DNA from: Trichosphaerium sp. ATCC 40318
Lineage: Eukaryota > Protista > Tubulinea
Direction: 5' to 3'
Assembly (NCBI GenBank): GCA_038496445.1
Contig: JALMLS010000093.1
Span: forward strand, 496,001-560,000
Length of the DNA stretch: 64,000 nt
Shown here: in pieces, positions 11,340 to 25,200 of the stretch
How the letters are laid out: every line of letters starts with the position of its first letter
Position numbering within the stretch: the first letter of the stretch is position 1
The notes under the pieces: model-generated
Databases searched by the model: none
What the model was told of the DNA's origin: nothing
Seen by the model: only the letters and a program-made list of their open reading frames with translations
Program-made: the position numbers and the translations under genes

Positions 11340-13536
11340 ATGACGGATATTCGAAGCAAGACTAAAGCACTGATTGCGCAGGCCTACGCGAAGATAGTGC
11401 AGCTCGTTGTACAATCACGGGTAGTGTTCCCGAGTAATGAGCCTGTAGAAGTGAACAGAAATGTAAGTAGTCAAATTCGCCTGAATAATCGATAAAAACA
11501 AACCTAGACAAATTTTATGCAATTCCGAAATTTGTAGTCACCCCAATCCACCAATTTAATACTTTATCGAATTACGGGCGATTGGGGATACACTGACGCA
11601 CAGCCAGCGTATTAGGCTTAATTTTAAAGGCTGAAAACCTAAAATACTTACATTTTGACTTAGTTCCACACAACTACCGTAGACGTAGTCAGCCTGCTCA
11701 ATGAACTCCGCCCGTGGAATAATGATATTTTTCTTCCCCTTGATCTAAATATTTACTTCTCTACACGTAACAACGACCCATCAACAAAGCACCTCATTGA
11801 ACAGTGGACAATACGCTATGAGAGGCTGTACGTGTCAAAAAAATTTTTCCAATTTAAACATTTCGTGCCGTCCAAACCGGCTGTAAACGCATCAATTACG
11901 CATACACATACACTAATACACCAAAATAGTACAATAGATCGCAGATCGCAAGGAAACGGAAGACAAGTAGAGCTGGGTACTTTAAACAAAATGCTCATTG
12001 TCATCATGCGAAACGTTCATGCATACGTGCGTTGTATGCCAGGACATAGCCTATACAGACAAAAAAAAAGGAACAAAACATCGGTTTGTGCGCTTACTCA
12101 CAACATAACCTACCCTGGAAGGCAGTCAAATGACTATGTTGGCTTCAAGTCTCGTACGTTAAACAAAAAACGCGAGTAGAAAATTTTTTGCTTAATACGC
12201 TTCAAAAACAGCAGCTTAATGCGCTCGTAACGTTATTCAAGCGTTTAAAGCGATTTAGCTTTTTTTGTAGATTAATCATTCATCGAATCTACGTCGACTT
12301 CAAATACGTACCATGACTCTAATTTATACTCTTAGATGTTACAATGGACTTTACTTTTGGTACAATACCAACACAATTCGGTAATTTTAAATTGGGAGTA
12401 AAATACAGGACGAACTGTAATTTTGACATTTCTCGACCTCTTCTACAAAATATAGTGGTAAACGATTATAAACCAAGAGCAGAACCTAAAAAGGTGCCTA
12501 TACCAAAAAAACAACAACAACAGTACTCTCCAGTACCTGTTCGACATTCAATACCGAAATACGCAAGATCTCCTCCACATGATCATCAAATTGGATCTTA
12601 TGAGACACCTCCTATGTCTATACCTCAAACACCTGTAGCTGGTGGTAGTACGCATCAATTTACAATCTTAAAAATCCAGACGGCAATTTCGATAATTCTT
12701 TATTTCACAGAAAACAGGGTAAAAAACCGAGCTGACTTAAAGCCCTTTTTAGTCTGTCTTAATTTTACAACTTTTGATCAACGTAATTCTGATTGTTATT
12801 TTTTCTCTAGAATTAAGCTCCGGACCGATGTCTATTGTAAGCCCTAGTTTATCATCACTTCCAGATATGCCACCATTTTTGACAGATACAGACAAGGATT
12901 CCAATTTTGAGTCGCTTCCTATGCTTCCAGCGACTACCCCGCCTTTTTCGTTATCGTCTAGTATTACAGAACATACGCCTTTCCAAGCTGGTACGCAAAT
13001 TAACATGTAATATCACGTGAATATTACGATAATCAATAGTTATTTGAGATTAATTTTATGTTCAAAAGGGATGATAAAGAGTTTGTCGATTGAAGATTAT
13101 CACCCATTTAAATTCAACCTTGATGCGAGCTCACCATATAAATCACGTATTGATAGCGACACAAGAGATCCTGAAGAGCCATCTCTCCTCAGTACAAAGG
13201 TGACATATTTAACTGATTAGCAAGAAATTCTTACTTCAAAAGGATTTTCCTTTATGCTGTCCTGGTGTATTAACTGATTGTATAGGCTGCTTTTGGTGTT
13301 ACGGAACAAGATGCCGAAGCAGAGATTGGAGATTTTATAAACTATTGCAAAGCACCATCACCACTCCAATCAGAAGCTAAATCAATACCAATGGTAAGAA
13401 AAAAATGAACTTCAATTTTTTTTTCTTTTACGCCGTCCTACGCTATTTTATTGCTAACTTTTTTTAAAAGTCCTTGATTGTCATGCAATACGAAGATCTA
13501 CCACGTGAGTTCAAGTTTCCACTTCGCGAAAATTGA
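11340..13536 (+). CDS. ATG13: Autophagy protein 13 (HORMA domain, S/P-rich region, C-terminal Atg1-binding-like motif)
   Basis: AKIVQLVVQSR..HLIEQWTIRY..MLIVIMRNVHAYVRCMPGHSLYR..FGTIPTQFGNFKLGVKYR matches the Atg13 HORMA pattern; C-terminal AEIGDFINYCKAPSPLQ. Confidence 0.8.
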
Positions 13537-14205
13537 TCATGGAGCTCTATCGGATCGTTTCATTTTTTTTTGGATACAAATCCAGAGAAAAAAAAAACTT
13601 AATCCAAAAAAAGCAATTTGTACAAAATGTAACCCCTCCAATATTGTTTAATATGTACTATACAAAATCTGTTGCATTATATATCAAAAAAACGACAAAA
13701 ATAAAACAAACTCACATGTATATCCACTAATTTATTGCAAATTAACTTTTCTGTTCAAAGCCTATGTAATACGCGGAATTACAGTTATAAACACTGTCGC
13801 ATACAATCACTGACAAGCTATACCTGCGCAATCATTTTATCCCACGTGATTAGTGATGCTAAGTAGTGTTGTTAAAAAGAATGGGACGGCAGTCAAGAAA
13901 CATCAAATCGATACAGGAAGGCGAAACTTTGCAAGACGTTTAAGCCGACAGTGCCTTTTCGCTTACACATTTTCCCATCCATTACAACTCTTGGAGCATC
14001 ACATTATTTCATTTTTCAAAACCAGAGGATTTCTCACATTTTTCGGATTTTTATTGCCGAGGATGAGGCACCAAATAGCTCCATTAAACCTCACCAATAA
14101 TTTACAATATGATCTAAGAAAGATAGGACAGATACAACGTGAGTCAATTTATCAATAAAACATACTAGTCTACAATTTCAAGATGAGGTTAGCAGAAAAC
14201 TGGTT

Positions 14206-15290
14206 TCACATGACAACACAATTTGATTTTTCTTTACTACTTTCACCAGTGTATATTCCTCTGTTTACCAAAGCTGCCAGAATTGCTTCATCGAACACTT
14301 CTCAAAAAAAGAAAAAAAGTTAGAACCATTAGTTGTTGTAGACTCCGAGTGTAGACCACTCATTTCACGTACAGTCGCTTAAACCATCTTTATTAAGTGC
14401 ACTACATTCCACATAAGATACTGCCTAATAAATAAAGATAATTAGTGAGTAGCACACTGAAGTAATGTACTTGTATTTTTTTGGCAGTCTGTTTAGCTTC
14501 TTCTTTTGGTATACAATCATGTGGAGTTCCATCACTCTTTGGTGTTGTTCTCAAATCCATTTTAAGTCCTGCAAGAACAATAGGTGTATCTGGACAGTGT
14601 TTCTGAATTTCAGGCTTCCACTACACGTGATTAATTCTGACAGCGTATTGTATAGAAAACATACGCTAAAAACAATGCAAGATCATTGCATGTTTAGGTA
14701 CCTTGGAAACAGCATTTTGAAGACTTGCTGGCGAATTAACGCTGAAACATATAAGAAAAACATCAGTTTCCTTAAAAAATCACGTGAGAAGACAACCTAC
14801 TGAACCAAGTGCCAAAAGAGGAAAAACAATGAAATCGCAAGTTGAAAGTATAGTCGTACTGGGTAGCTCAAAGGTCTCAATCTTTCGTAATCCTCAGGAC
14901 CCGCTGTATCCCATAAACCTTTGAGTATGTCAATTGAAGTGTGGAGAAACAAAGAAGTTGCGAACCTAAATTTAAAGGCTTTCCTGCAACCACAACATTG
15001 GAGCTAAAAATGTCAACTTTTTTTTGGATTTCTTTTTTTCAACAATCAGGCAGTCTCTCAACCCCTAATTACCTGTAATTGTCGAACACAGTAGGTACTA
15101 AGCAATATAAATACACAAAAAGGTTAATTAAGTTATTCCAAGTTGTACTGTAGTTTGAAGGGAAAGAATTTGAAGTGTAGGTTATGAGCAAGCTTGTTTT
15201 GCCTAAATAAACGAATATTAACATTAAACAAACAACTATTCGCATACCAACTGCTCCATCTCCAGTAACAACAAGTTTGATATGATCCAT
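14206..15290 (-). CDS. Rac/Rho-family small GTPase with Pro at the Q61 position
   Basis: [46 protein letters not shown], CaaX CVVM*. Confidence 0.92.
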
Positions 15291-16240
15291 GGTGTATATA
15301 TGGTATTGAGAGAAATAACTATTTTTGCGTTAGGCTAAAAGTGTTGGAAGGCGTTTGAAATTAGAAGGGTATTTTTACTTTTTTACTCCATCACCATACT
15401 AAGAGTAAATTTGACTACACCATTTTGTTTCTGATGTTACGCTTTCTAACCAGCCGCATACCTCATCCATGGTCCAGTTCCTATCCATAGCGGTTTTCTA
15501 CTTGACTTTTAAGCAATTTTCAGTTGTTTAAGGCAACACTTTTTAGTGAAAATCACGCTTGTTATTAGAGCTGTCATTGTTGATCTCCATGGAAGGTACC
15601 TCAGCAAGCGATACAAATGAGTTTCGACCCCTAGTGGAGGGTACCTACGTTGTCCGGAGATGTCAAAGTAAGCTACCATACGCTAAACACAAAAACTGAG
15701 AAACATCATATAGGGTTGGATCCTTTTTTCTTACTACCTCTCACCTATATTGCCAAATACAACAGACCTCAAGATTGATGTCAATGTGAATTTGTTAGAG
15801 AATATGGCGGCTGAGGAACTACGTCAAGACAAGTATGCTAGAACAAACACGTGTTCTTCTTTTTTTTGGTATTGATTTTGATTTCGCTTATCAACAATCA
15901 CGTGTGGATGTTCTCTATCCAATTTTTAGATAAAGGGTTTTTTACCTAAAATGTATTGTCACGATTAGGAGATGATAAGATCATTCACATTGAATATTCA
16001 TTTACACAACGGACTATCACATTCATGAAACAGGAAAATTACAATTTAGTCTGTTTAACTTTTAGCATCACCAGTTCGATTACGTAATAATAATTGTAAA
16101 GTCAATATCAAGAGTGATAACATATTAGCGTAACAGTGTATTAGTTGGTGAAAATAAGAGGCTGGTAGTATAAGCATGCAGCTTGTTAGTTTGCTTCTTT
16201 TATTTATGTACAAGAGGTAAAAGAAACAAAAGAAGAAGTA

Positions 16241-18640
16241 CTAAAAACTTGATATTTGTAATAACTGACAACCAATACAGACCCATTCCTTGATGTATCC
16301 ATAAGAAACATATATATATAATTCACAAGCATGTACCTTTTGGTCTTGTGGGTATCCAAGCTCAGGAATCGGAATTTTCTCAACACACTAAAAACAGTAA
16401 GAAATGAAAAAAACACTTCTGAAAAATCTTTCACAACGATCAAAGCTGTATCTGTAGTAATATAAAATCCAAATGATATAACCCTCTAAACTAACCTTTT
16501 TACAAAAAATAGAACCACATTTTCGACAATGATGCTAAAAAGGAATTAAGTGAGTAACAGTGTAAAACTTCTTTTTTTTTTTTTCAACAACAAAGGTACG
16601 TACTCTTCTTCGTATAAGATGAAATCGTTTACAACAATAACCACAGGATGTTACAGCTCTATCATCAATCCACCAAGGTCTTTCAAATATACGGCCACCA
16701 ATTTCTACCTTATACTTTGAAGTATGTTCAATTTCAGAAGTATCATAATCACTGGATATATCGCTATCCCAACCATCTTCAAAATTAACAAAGTCAGAAG
16801 CGCTCAACCCCTTTTTTTCATCTGCATCTTTATGATTCTTTTTGAAACCACTGCTCCTTGATTTTGTAAGTTTAGCGCTCTTAGGCCTGAGTATAGAAGT
16901 TAGATTCTCAAGAAAACCACTGACTGTTAATGCAAACCTTTTTCTTCTTTTTTTCTGAATACTTTGTTGAAACGCTGGAAGAGCTTGTTGGAACTGTCTT
17001 AACTCAGCTTCTGACATATCACCCTATTGATACGAATGTCAACACTTTTTACAAAAAAATAATCACGTGGACTTACAAGTGCGGGCAGTGTCATGGTGAG
17101 TCTTGCTCGTCGTTGTAATTGCTTCATTCTTTTTGCAGAAGGAGGAGGTTTTATATTTTCTTTCTTGTTCTTGTAGATAAATAGAGTTGGGCAACTAATA
17201 GACCTTGACCTGGTACGTGACATTTCATTCTCGCTTTGTAGTATAGCAGCAAGATTAGGTAGATATGGTCTACCATAAGCAGCAAGTGTACCAGGCATAG
17301 TCTTTACATAAGCAGCTAATTCGATGCGTGCTTGTTTCTTCTGAGCTGGTGTTTGCAATGGACTAAAAAAAGCATTAGTAAGGAGTTCATACTGTTGTGA
17401 TCTTATTACAGAATCTTAAGAAGTGGTTTCTCTGGTTGAGGCGTTACTTTTCGAGGTTGAGGGTCAGGTTTCTTCTCAACTTTAATCTCTACTTTGGGTT
17501 CGTTTTGTTTAACTTTTTTAGGTGCTTCTGCTTCACTGCGTCTGCGCGCAACGGGTTGGAGCTTTGGTATTAGACCATAAGCTTTTGGTGTTACTTCTCT
17601 ATATTTGTGTGTACGCCTTTTAGAGGCAGGTATAGTTTTCTTTACAAAACTACGTTCTTTCTTTGCCCAGTACTCCTTTATTTGGTATTAGCATAATTGT
17701 AAAAATTTTCATGCCTAACGTCACGTGCCTTTTTATCAACATCTGAATCTTTGGCATTTATACTAAATGATAGCGTATTTAATGTACGTATCATATCCAT
17801 AAAAGATGACGCAGAGTCATTTAAACGAAGCAAGGCTGTATCATCATAAAATTTTCTATAAATTATGTCACTAATGGTTGCAAAAAAGAAGGTATCATTG
17901 TGAGGATTGAACGTACTCTAGAATTTTTTTACTTGATGTAATATCTTCTACACAATGTACTACAAATAATAATTAATATATAAGTTGGCCAACTATCAAC
18001 AAAAAAAATTTATAAATAAGACAAAGAGTTTCCATTTTTGATCAACCAAAAGATCCAAGTTTCTAACTTTTTGGATTGCACACGTACACAAGTCTCTAGA
18101 CGAAAAAGCCATTCGTAAAAATATTCTAGAACGACCCAATTGTGAACTAGTAAGTGATCTAAATACAATTAGAGCCAATTGAACAACTAAAAAACGAGGA
18201 AAAGCACAAAATTATTTTCTCATTTTCCACATGTACCGAATGGAATTTAACGTCATTTTTGAGACACTCTTACACCTACAGACTTTTTAGATGTACTCTA
18301 GAACACAGGCATACCCTTGGTCTCGCAATGCTTCTAGAATAAGCCAAAAAACAGCGAACGGAGTTTTGAGTTTACGGGAATTCTCAGCTACAGTCGTTTA
18401 AGCGTTACTAGTGATGATTTATAGCGTACGTTTGAGTCCGTGAGCAAAGCAAACTTCTAAATTGTATAAAATGTGTTTTACGCCTTCTGTTTCAGCTAGA
18501 GTGGTTATATTCGCGCGTCTGCCCACTTGTGGGGATGAATTCGTTCTCAATCGCACAGTACCGCCTTTATTGGCAGACATCCATACATCTTGAACGTAAT
18601 GGCCTAGAACACCAAGATTCTCGCTTACTGTTTTATTCAT
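16241..18640 (-). CDS. RUN and FYVE domain protein (RUFY-like)
   Basis: RUN motifs LEVCFAHGLK, LGRSRIFLRMAF, FYDDTALL; FYVE WIDDRAVTSCGYCCKRFHLIRRR-HHCRKCGSIFCKK-C..VCIGC. Confidence 0.88.
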
Positions 18641-18795
18641 TTGGTAATTGAAGAAAACGTTAGCTACTTTTCGTCATACAGTGCTCAATAGAACACGAAT
18701 GTACTACAGTATGTATAATATCCCTTTTGAGGCAGTTTCAATAAAATTGACGGCAAGAGTCAACGCTGAGATTTTTTTGATCAAAAGCTGTAAAA

Positions 18796-19930
18796 TGCCA
18801 TGGTTGGGGCTGTTTATATTTATGATTGCCGTTGTGGCTTGTTTCAAGCGCGGTGACGCAGTGCCTATGGAAGTTAGAACAAGTCAATGGCTTGCTGAAG
18901 TACATTTTGATTAAAACCATTTTATACTCATCGCAGGTAGGAATCCAATCATAAGCCGCCAGAAGTAAATCCTTGGACAGATATTGGCGCGGAAGCTCCT
19001 TTATTCAAGTTAAAACTAGGTAGAAAGTACCCAGGTACGCAGTTATTACCTTAAAACGCATCATTTACAATTTAATACGTGACACGTATCGTTTTTGGTT
19101 CATAACCATCTTTCAGGTCCTAGAGCATCTAAGGATGCATTCTCTTACCAAAATGAGTATAAAATGTACGTTATAAACATGTCACGTTGCTTCTAACGTC
19201 AAAAAAAGGCAATTTAACATAAATAATAATCAATTTCTTACACCTTGGTTCTCACTCTACAACGGACATGGCATATTCATAAAATCTGTTGTTTTCACTT
19301 TTTATTACTCTGGCACGTGTCATTTTTGGTTTTCTTCTTTGATTCGTCTTATGTAACTATAGGAGATAGCGTACGAGAAATGAAAGTAGAGCCACATTGT
19401 ACGTTAAGTTCAGTTTATGAAAAAACGTTTTTTCTTTGTCCATTATTGGACGTTTTTGGCTGCTTTTTGTGAGATGACACTTGCATTATATACCTGGTTT
19501 TTTATGCAAACAATGGTTTAGATCATGATCTTATGCCTGAAGATGATACAACACATTTTATCATACAATACAAATGGCATCATTATGGTAAAGCTGAATG
19601 AAAGAAAAACAATCTTTTGTCTTACTTTTAACAATAGGCGAAGAAGACATAGAATCAGGAATGAGTGTTATGTTGCTATGTACGAATGAAGGATTATGAT
19701 ATGCTTTAAAATACTTACAGAAAGTTATAATAGTGGCGTTTCTGATGGCTTTTTTTATTCTTCTTAGTATTCTTATTACAACTATACAAGGTGAAGAATT
19801 GTACGTCAACATGTGTTGTTTATTTTTTCCCTCTTTGCTTTCCAATCTCTGACATTCTTTTCTCTATCGAAAGTAATGACGTTTCTTCGAGACCAATGAG
19901 AGTTCCATCAAAATATTCAAAAGTGTTATA
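18796..19930 (+). CDS. Type I membrane protein of unknown function
   Basis: Signal peptide MPWLGLFIFMIAVVAC; spliced exons ..FLTPWFSL..HFIIQYKWHHYGEEDIESGMSVMLLFIIVAFLMAFFILLSILI (TM) ..YSKVL*. Confidence 0.6.
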
Positions 19931-20180
19931 AATAAAAGTAAATTGTAATTAAGCGCACTGCAACACTTTTCACATGCGGATGGAACTTATACCCATCCGC
20001 ACGCAAACCAACGCAATATGAATACAGAGTGTACTCACAACGTAGTACAGAACATGACTTTTGATAATTGAGTGATTTAACCTTGCTGGTACTTCCTAGC
20101 ATTTGTAATTGTTAAGCGAACATTCTTAAGTGCCACGTATTTAGCCTTCTTCTATCGAGCCACGCGACACTTTCACTGCA

Positions 20181-22100
20181 ATGAATTTCTTCGGCGTTTC
20201 TTTAGAACAAGCCATTGCATACCTTCGTGAGAACCATACGGAAGCACTGGGCAAAATTAAAGCTGCAAACTATACAACATTAATGAAAAGCATTGAAGGT
20301 GTTGTAAACGCATGGAATGCGAGCCTTGTAAAACAACTCGAACAGCTTGTTTTACAAGAATCGTATGTCAGTGGTAGTGAGTTGATACTTGATGAGTGCG
20401 TCAAGTTACCAAAACGGAAGAAAACTGAGTACGTCCCAATTATGTTTAGCTTTGCCTTTTTTCCAAAATCACGTGACACCAATTTATGGGAAAGTTATGA
20501 GAAGATTTGTTGTAATGGCTGTTTAATACTTACTACGAAACAAGGGTATCCGAAACGACGCCCCACTCCTCAGCCGAAAAAACCATTCTTAATTTCCCAT
20601 CAGAGATACTCGCATCTATACTTAGCCTGACAGGTCAAAAGGACAGATTTTCTGTTGCTCAAACATGTAGATTATTTGCTGATACTATTCATTACATGAT
20701 TGGCTATAAAAAAGTGTACCTCTCAACTTTTCAAGACATTCTCAAGATAAGACAATACGACAGCATAAAAAACAACACTGAAATAACCCTGGTGAGGAGT
20801 GATTGTACTCTGTATTCATTGTTGGGTGGGTGTAGCAACATCAATGCGGTGAGTAGTGGTATTACTGACAGCGATCTACAAGAGCTTTCGGGTGTTCATA
20901 CGATTGACCTTGATGATACTTTTGTTTCTGATGAAGGCTTAAAAGCACTAAAAGGTGTTCATACTGCTTACTTCAATAACACCCCTATTACAGACGAAGG
21001 GCTTAAAGCGTTACGAGGTATTCACACTATTGGTGTTGGTAATACTGCAGTGACTGACGAAGGCATTCAACTGCTAAAAGGCGTTCATACTATCAACCTC
21101 AATCAGTGCGAATTTATAACAGACAAAGCCATCAAAGAGTTGCAAGGTGTTCATACCATTCACCTCGAACGTACGCCTGTGACAGATAAAGGGATAGGAA
21201 TGCTGGCTGGTGTTCATACTATAAACCTTGAAGGTACTGCAGTAACAGATGAGGGCGTCAAAAAACTCGCTGGAGTACATAAAATTGGCCTTGAAGAGAC
21301 TGAAGTAACGGATGAAGCCATCAAGAAGCTAGCAGGAGCTCATACTATTTTCCTTGATAGCACGTCAGTTACTGACGAAGGACTCATAGCCTTACGAGGT
21401 ATCCACAATTAGCCTTAATGATTGCAGTTCGATAACAGACGGAGGGATTAAGAGCCTTGTAGGTGTTCATAATATTAGCCTATGTAATTGTAGACAGCTT
21501 ACAGATGCAAGTATTAAAGCTCTTGGTGGAGTTTACACAATTGACCTTGGCAACACTTCCGTTACAGATGAAAGCATTAAAAAACTTGCCGGAGTTCACG
21601 AGATTAACCTTCAACAAACTTTAGTAACTGATGAAGGAGTTAAAGCATTAAAAGGTGTTCATACCATTTATTTAGATGGCACTTCTGTTACAGACGAAGG
21701 TATAAAAGAACTAGAAGGCGTTCACACCATTAGCTTTAATGGCAGCGAACTTGTGACTGATGAAGGTATAAAGGCGCTGAAAGGAGTCTGTAGTATTGGG
21801 CTCAATAATTGCAAGCACGTGACTGACGAAGGAATCAAGGCACTTGCTGGTGTTCATGTAATAGGTCTTAATAATTGCAAACATGTGACTGATGAAGGGA
21901 TTAAAGCATTGAAGGGTGTCAAAGGCATTTTTCTCGATGGTACTTCAGTTACAGACGAAGGTATAAAAGAGTTAATTGGAGTTCAAACCATAAGCGTCGT
22001 TGGTTGTAAACACGTTACAGAAAAAGGCTTAGCAGCGCTAAAAGGAACCATGAATATACAGTTTGAGAAGGAAGAGGGAGAATGTGAAGAAGGAGACTAA
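20181..22100 (+). pseudogene. F-box plus about 20 leucine-rich repeats (GVHTIxLxxTxVTDEGIKAL), frameshifted at about 21405
   Basis: One intron (about 20429-20543); F-box TILNFPSEILASILSLTGQKDRFSVAQTCR; repeats stop at TAG 21410-21412 and continue in the +1 frame to TAA at 22100. Confidence 0.8.
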
Positions 22101-22213
22101 GTAATTACGCGAAAAAAATAGGATGAGAAAGCAAAACAACAAAAATAAAATTCTGTTTCACATTCTTGACTGTTGTGTTGTAGAGTTTTATTTCAAACAA
22201 TCAAATGAGGTCT

Positions 22214-25200
22214 TTAATTCCATTGAGATAGTGGCTTTATGATTGGCCAGCTTGTAGGAGGTTCTTCACTTGTATGTAACGGCATCTATTTCAAAAAGAA
22301 AAGATGTTAAAAAAACTCTTTGCATTTTGTTCAAACTAAACAAGTACCATGAACATTGCGATGCGAGGAGAAGTGACACCCTTGAAGTGAAGCACAAGTT
22401 TACAGAAATCACTAGTGTTGTCGTTTGCTGATGGATTAGGTGAAGAAGGAAGAGGTACAGCCTGAATACATCAGAGAACAAAAGAAAGAAAAATAGGTAC
22501 CTTCATCATTGATATTTCAGCATTTTTGGGCTCAACGACTTTCAAAATCAGTGAAACTTCTCCGTATACGAGTGTGACTTCGCTTGCAGATAGGTTGATG
22601 CTATCACAATTATCAAACATTTTCCCATTTGCAGCAACAACAAAAGATGAATTAAAGTGGAAGAAACTGTAAAGATCTATTTCCGTCGATGATTCAATTT
22701 CATCTTGAAGTAGGAATGTATCACGGTTTGTAAACATTACACCACGATGAACACTCTTAACCGAAGCTATCTAGAAGTTAGTATGTGCACTGTATAACTA
22801 GTCACATGCGTATGTGTTTGTAAGCAGGCGATATATCAGCGATTGTAAAGGATTTATGAGGCTTTGTGCTGAAAGCAACCTTTGTGGAAGTTAGATATTT
22901 TATTGATTCTGCCTTTCGTTTTGTACCATTTTAGATGCTGAACCAACTGTCTGATCTGCGTTAGCATCAGGATTTATAACAATACAGTTATGACCCTCTG
23001 CTCTTAGTTTATAATAGTCCCATCTTCCTTTAGTGGCATTCCAAATACCAGGAGCCTAATAATCATAAAATAAGCTACAGGCGTACTAAGTGGGAATGTT
23101 TACCTCGTAGTTGTTTGATCCAAGATCGTGTAACCACCGTTTACCGTATGCATCAAGAACGAAACTTCCAGTGTCTAGATGGGAGTGTGTATTTGTTGGG
23201 TCAACACCAGGATGACCTGCTTTAATACCCAAGAAAAAATCTAAAAAAGATAACTATTAGGTCCTATCAATTATATTGTCTCACCGTCTGTATCTACTGC
23301 AGTTGGACCATTGTTCGTCCAGTTTGATCTAAAAGTAACCCAGTTCTCACCAGAAAGCTCAGATACAGTTTTGATGCTATCAAGAGGTTGAGAGACCTTT
23401 GAATTTGTCTCGGACAGAGAGCTTTCATACAACGCAGTAAAAAGATTCGTCTTTGCTGAGTGTCAGTTTGTACTTTGCATACGATAATTTTTTTAACGAA
23501 CCACTTGTGATCCGTGTTGCCATTTTGCGAGACCGTTGTGGAACCTCCCAGCAAACCAATAGAATCCAGTGACACTATAAACTGCATAAACAGCACGGTC
23601 GGAGCCTCAACAAACGTTCAAACGTACAATGCTTCGTGTGTAGGGGAGTCACCATAATACCAATTATCAGCTCCTGTAAAAGAAGCAAAAGTATCTGCAC
23701 TCGAAGAAAATCCATATGAGTTTGAAACACCAAAGTCAGTACCAAGAGTACTAAAGGAAAAAGAAAAAAATAAGAAAAACCACATAAGTAACTTTTATCA
23801 CGTGCTTTTCAAGTGTTGCAAGAAATCTTGTAGCATAAGACATTGAATATGCATAATAAGATAAACTCTCAAACCAAGCACCATCAGGAGAGAACAAGCC
23901 AATAGCGATATCAACACCTGATTATTTGAGCATTTCTTGAATAAAACAGCAGTTGTGGTTTTTTTCTTACCTTTTACAGCATGCTGAATGATTTTTGTTT
24001 GCTGTTCTTGAGTAATGATATGAGGAAAGTCGTTTAAAACTGTCAATAAAGCAATACCAATACCCCCATTGCAAACAAAGTTCCACTAAGGTTTGTTGTT
24101 AAGTTAACAAGCAGTATTTTCTTTCTTTAATCTGATAGTATTCGTACGTTTGTCAATGCTGTAGGCCAGTATGGCCATGGGCCAATTGGATTTTTAGGTA
24201 TGAGTGTATTTTCATAAACACCAATTGCCTGAAAGCTCTATTGTTAGAAAAAACTATGGTGTTGGGTTGTTTTCTATCCGTACTTTCTCGAATCCATTCT
24301 TGAGCATACTTGTTGCAATTAAGTCTCTTTCTTGTTGAGTATAAGTATCCCATGCCCAGTCTAAACCAAGAGCAGCACCAAACGTGAACTCTGAAACAGC
24401 CAAGAACTGTTCGTCAAACTTCCAATCAGGGAAAGCAGCAACATTTAGCATTTCTTTCTTTAACCTCTGTGCGTATGTATCATTCTTTGTTATTTGATAA
24501 ACAAGTCCAAGAGCTGCAGTCAACCCATTGAAATCCCTCGCTTGACTAAGACCACGAACATTCCCGCTCTAGAACCAAAGTAAATCAAAACAGAAACCGA
24601 ACACCAGTCAACAACAGTTAACGGCAAAGTACGTACAGGGTATACAATAAGTGGTTTTGTAAGTAAGTTATCAGCTTCCGCCTTGATACCTTGATACCAT
24701 GACGAAGACGCTAAATCAAGAATGAATAAAAAGTCATGTAGTAAGTAATCTCTGTAGGAACATACCAGCTGTTTTGCGGATTATTTCAAATCTATTTGGT
24801 CCGCCTAAAGCTCTTGGATGGCCACTAACAGCGTTCTTCAGCGCTTCCATGACCTCAGTATCAAAGTCTAATGATAATAAGGTGTTATTCCAACAGCTGA
24901 AAACGTACTTGGATCTTTAACATTGTATGGCATGACAGGTGAAAGAGCAGTTATTGGAATTGGTGTTTTTTGTTCTTGGTATATCCATTGAATTCCAACA
25001 TACGACAATTCACCTTCTGTGGCGACTAGTTCAATGTAGTATTGCCTTGAATAATATAAGGTACAGGTAGATTAACGCCATTGCGTACTTTGAAGCATCC
25101 AAGTTCAAAGGGTCTGATTCTGGTTTGTCTTTGACAGTGGATTGCTTATTGAGGTAAGCAATAAGCTTCTTGTTTGATGCCTATAAATCTGATCAGAGAA

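Noticed and set aside
13853-14158. 101-aa plus-strand ORF, and similar short ORFs such as 27122-27391 and 52280-52546
   Set aside because: No recognisable motifs, mostly non-ATG starts, intergenic location; likely chance ORFs
20880-22040. Regular 66-75 bp periodicity resembling a CRISPR-like array
   Set aside because: Degenerate coding LRR repeats with third-position variation; no invariant repeat and spacer structure
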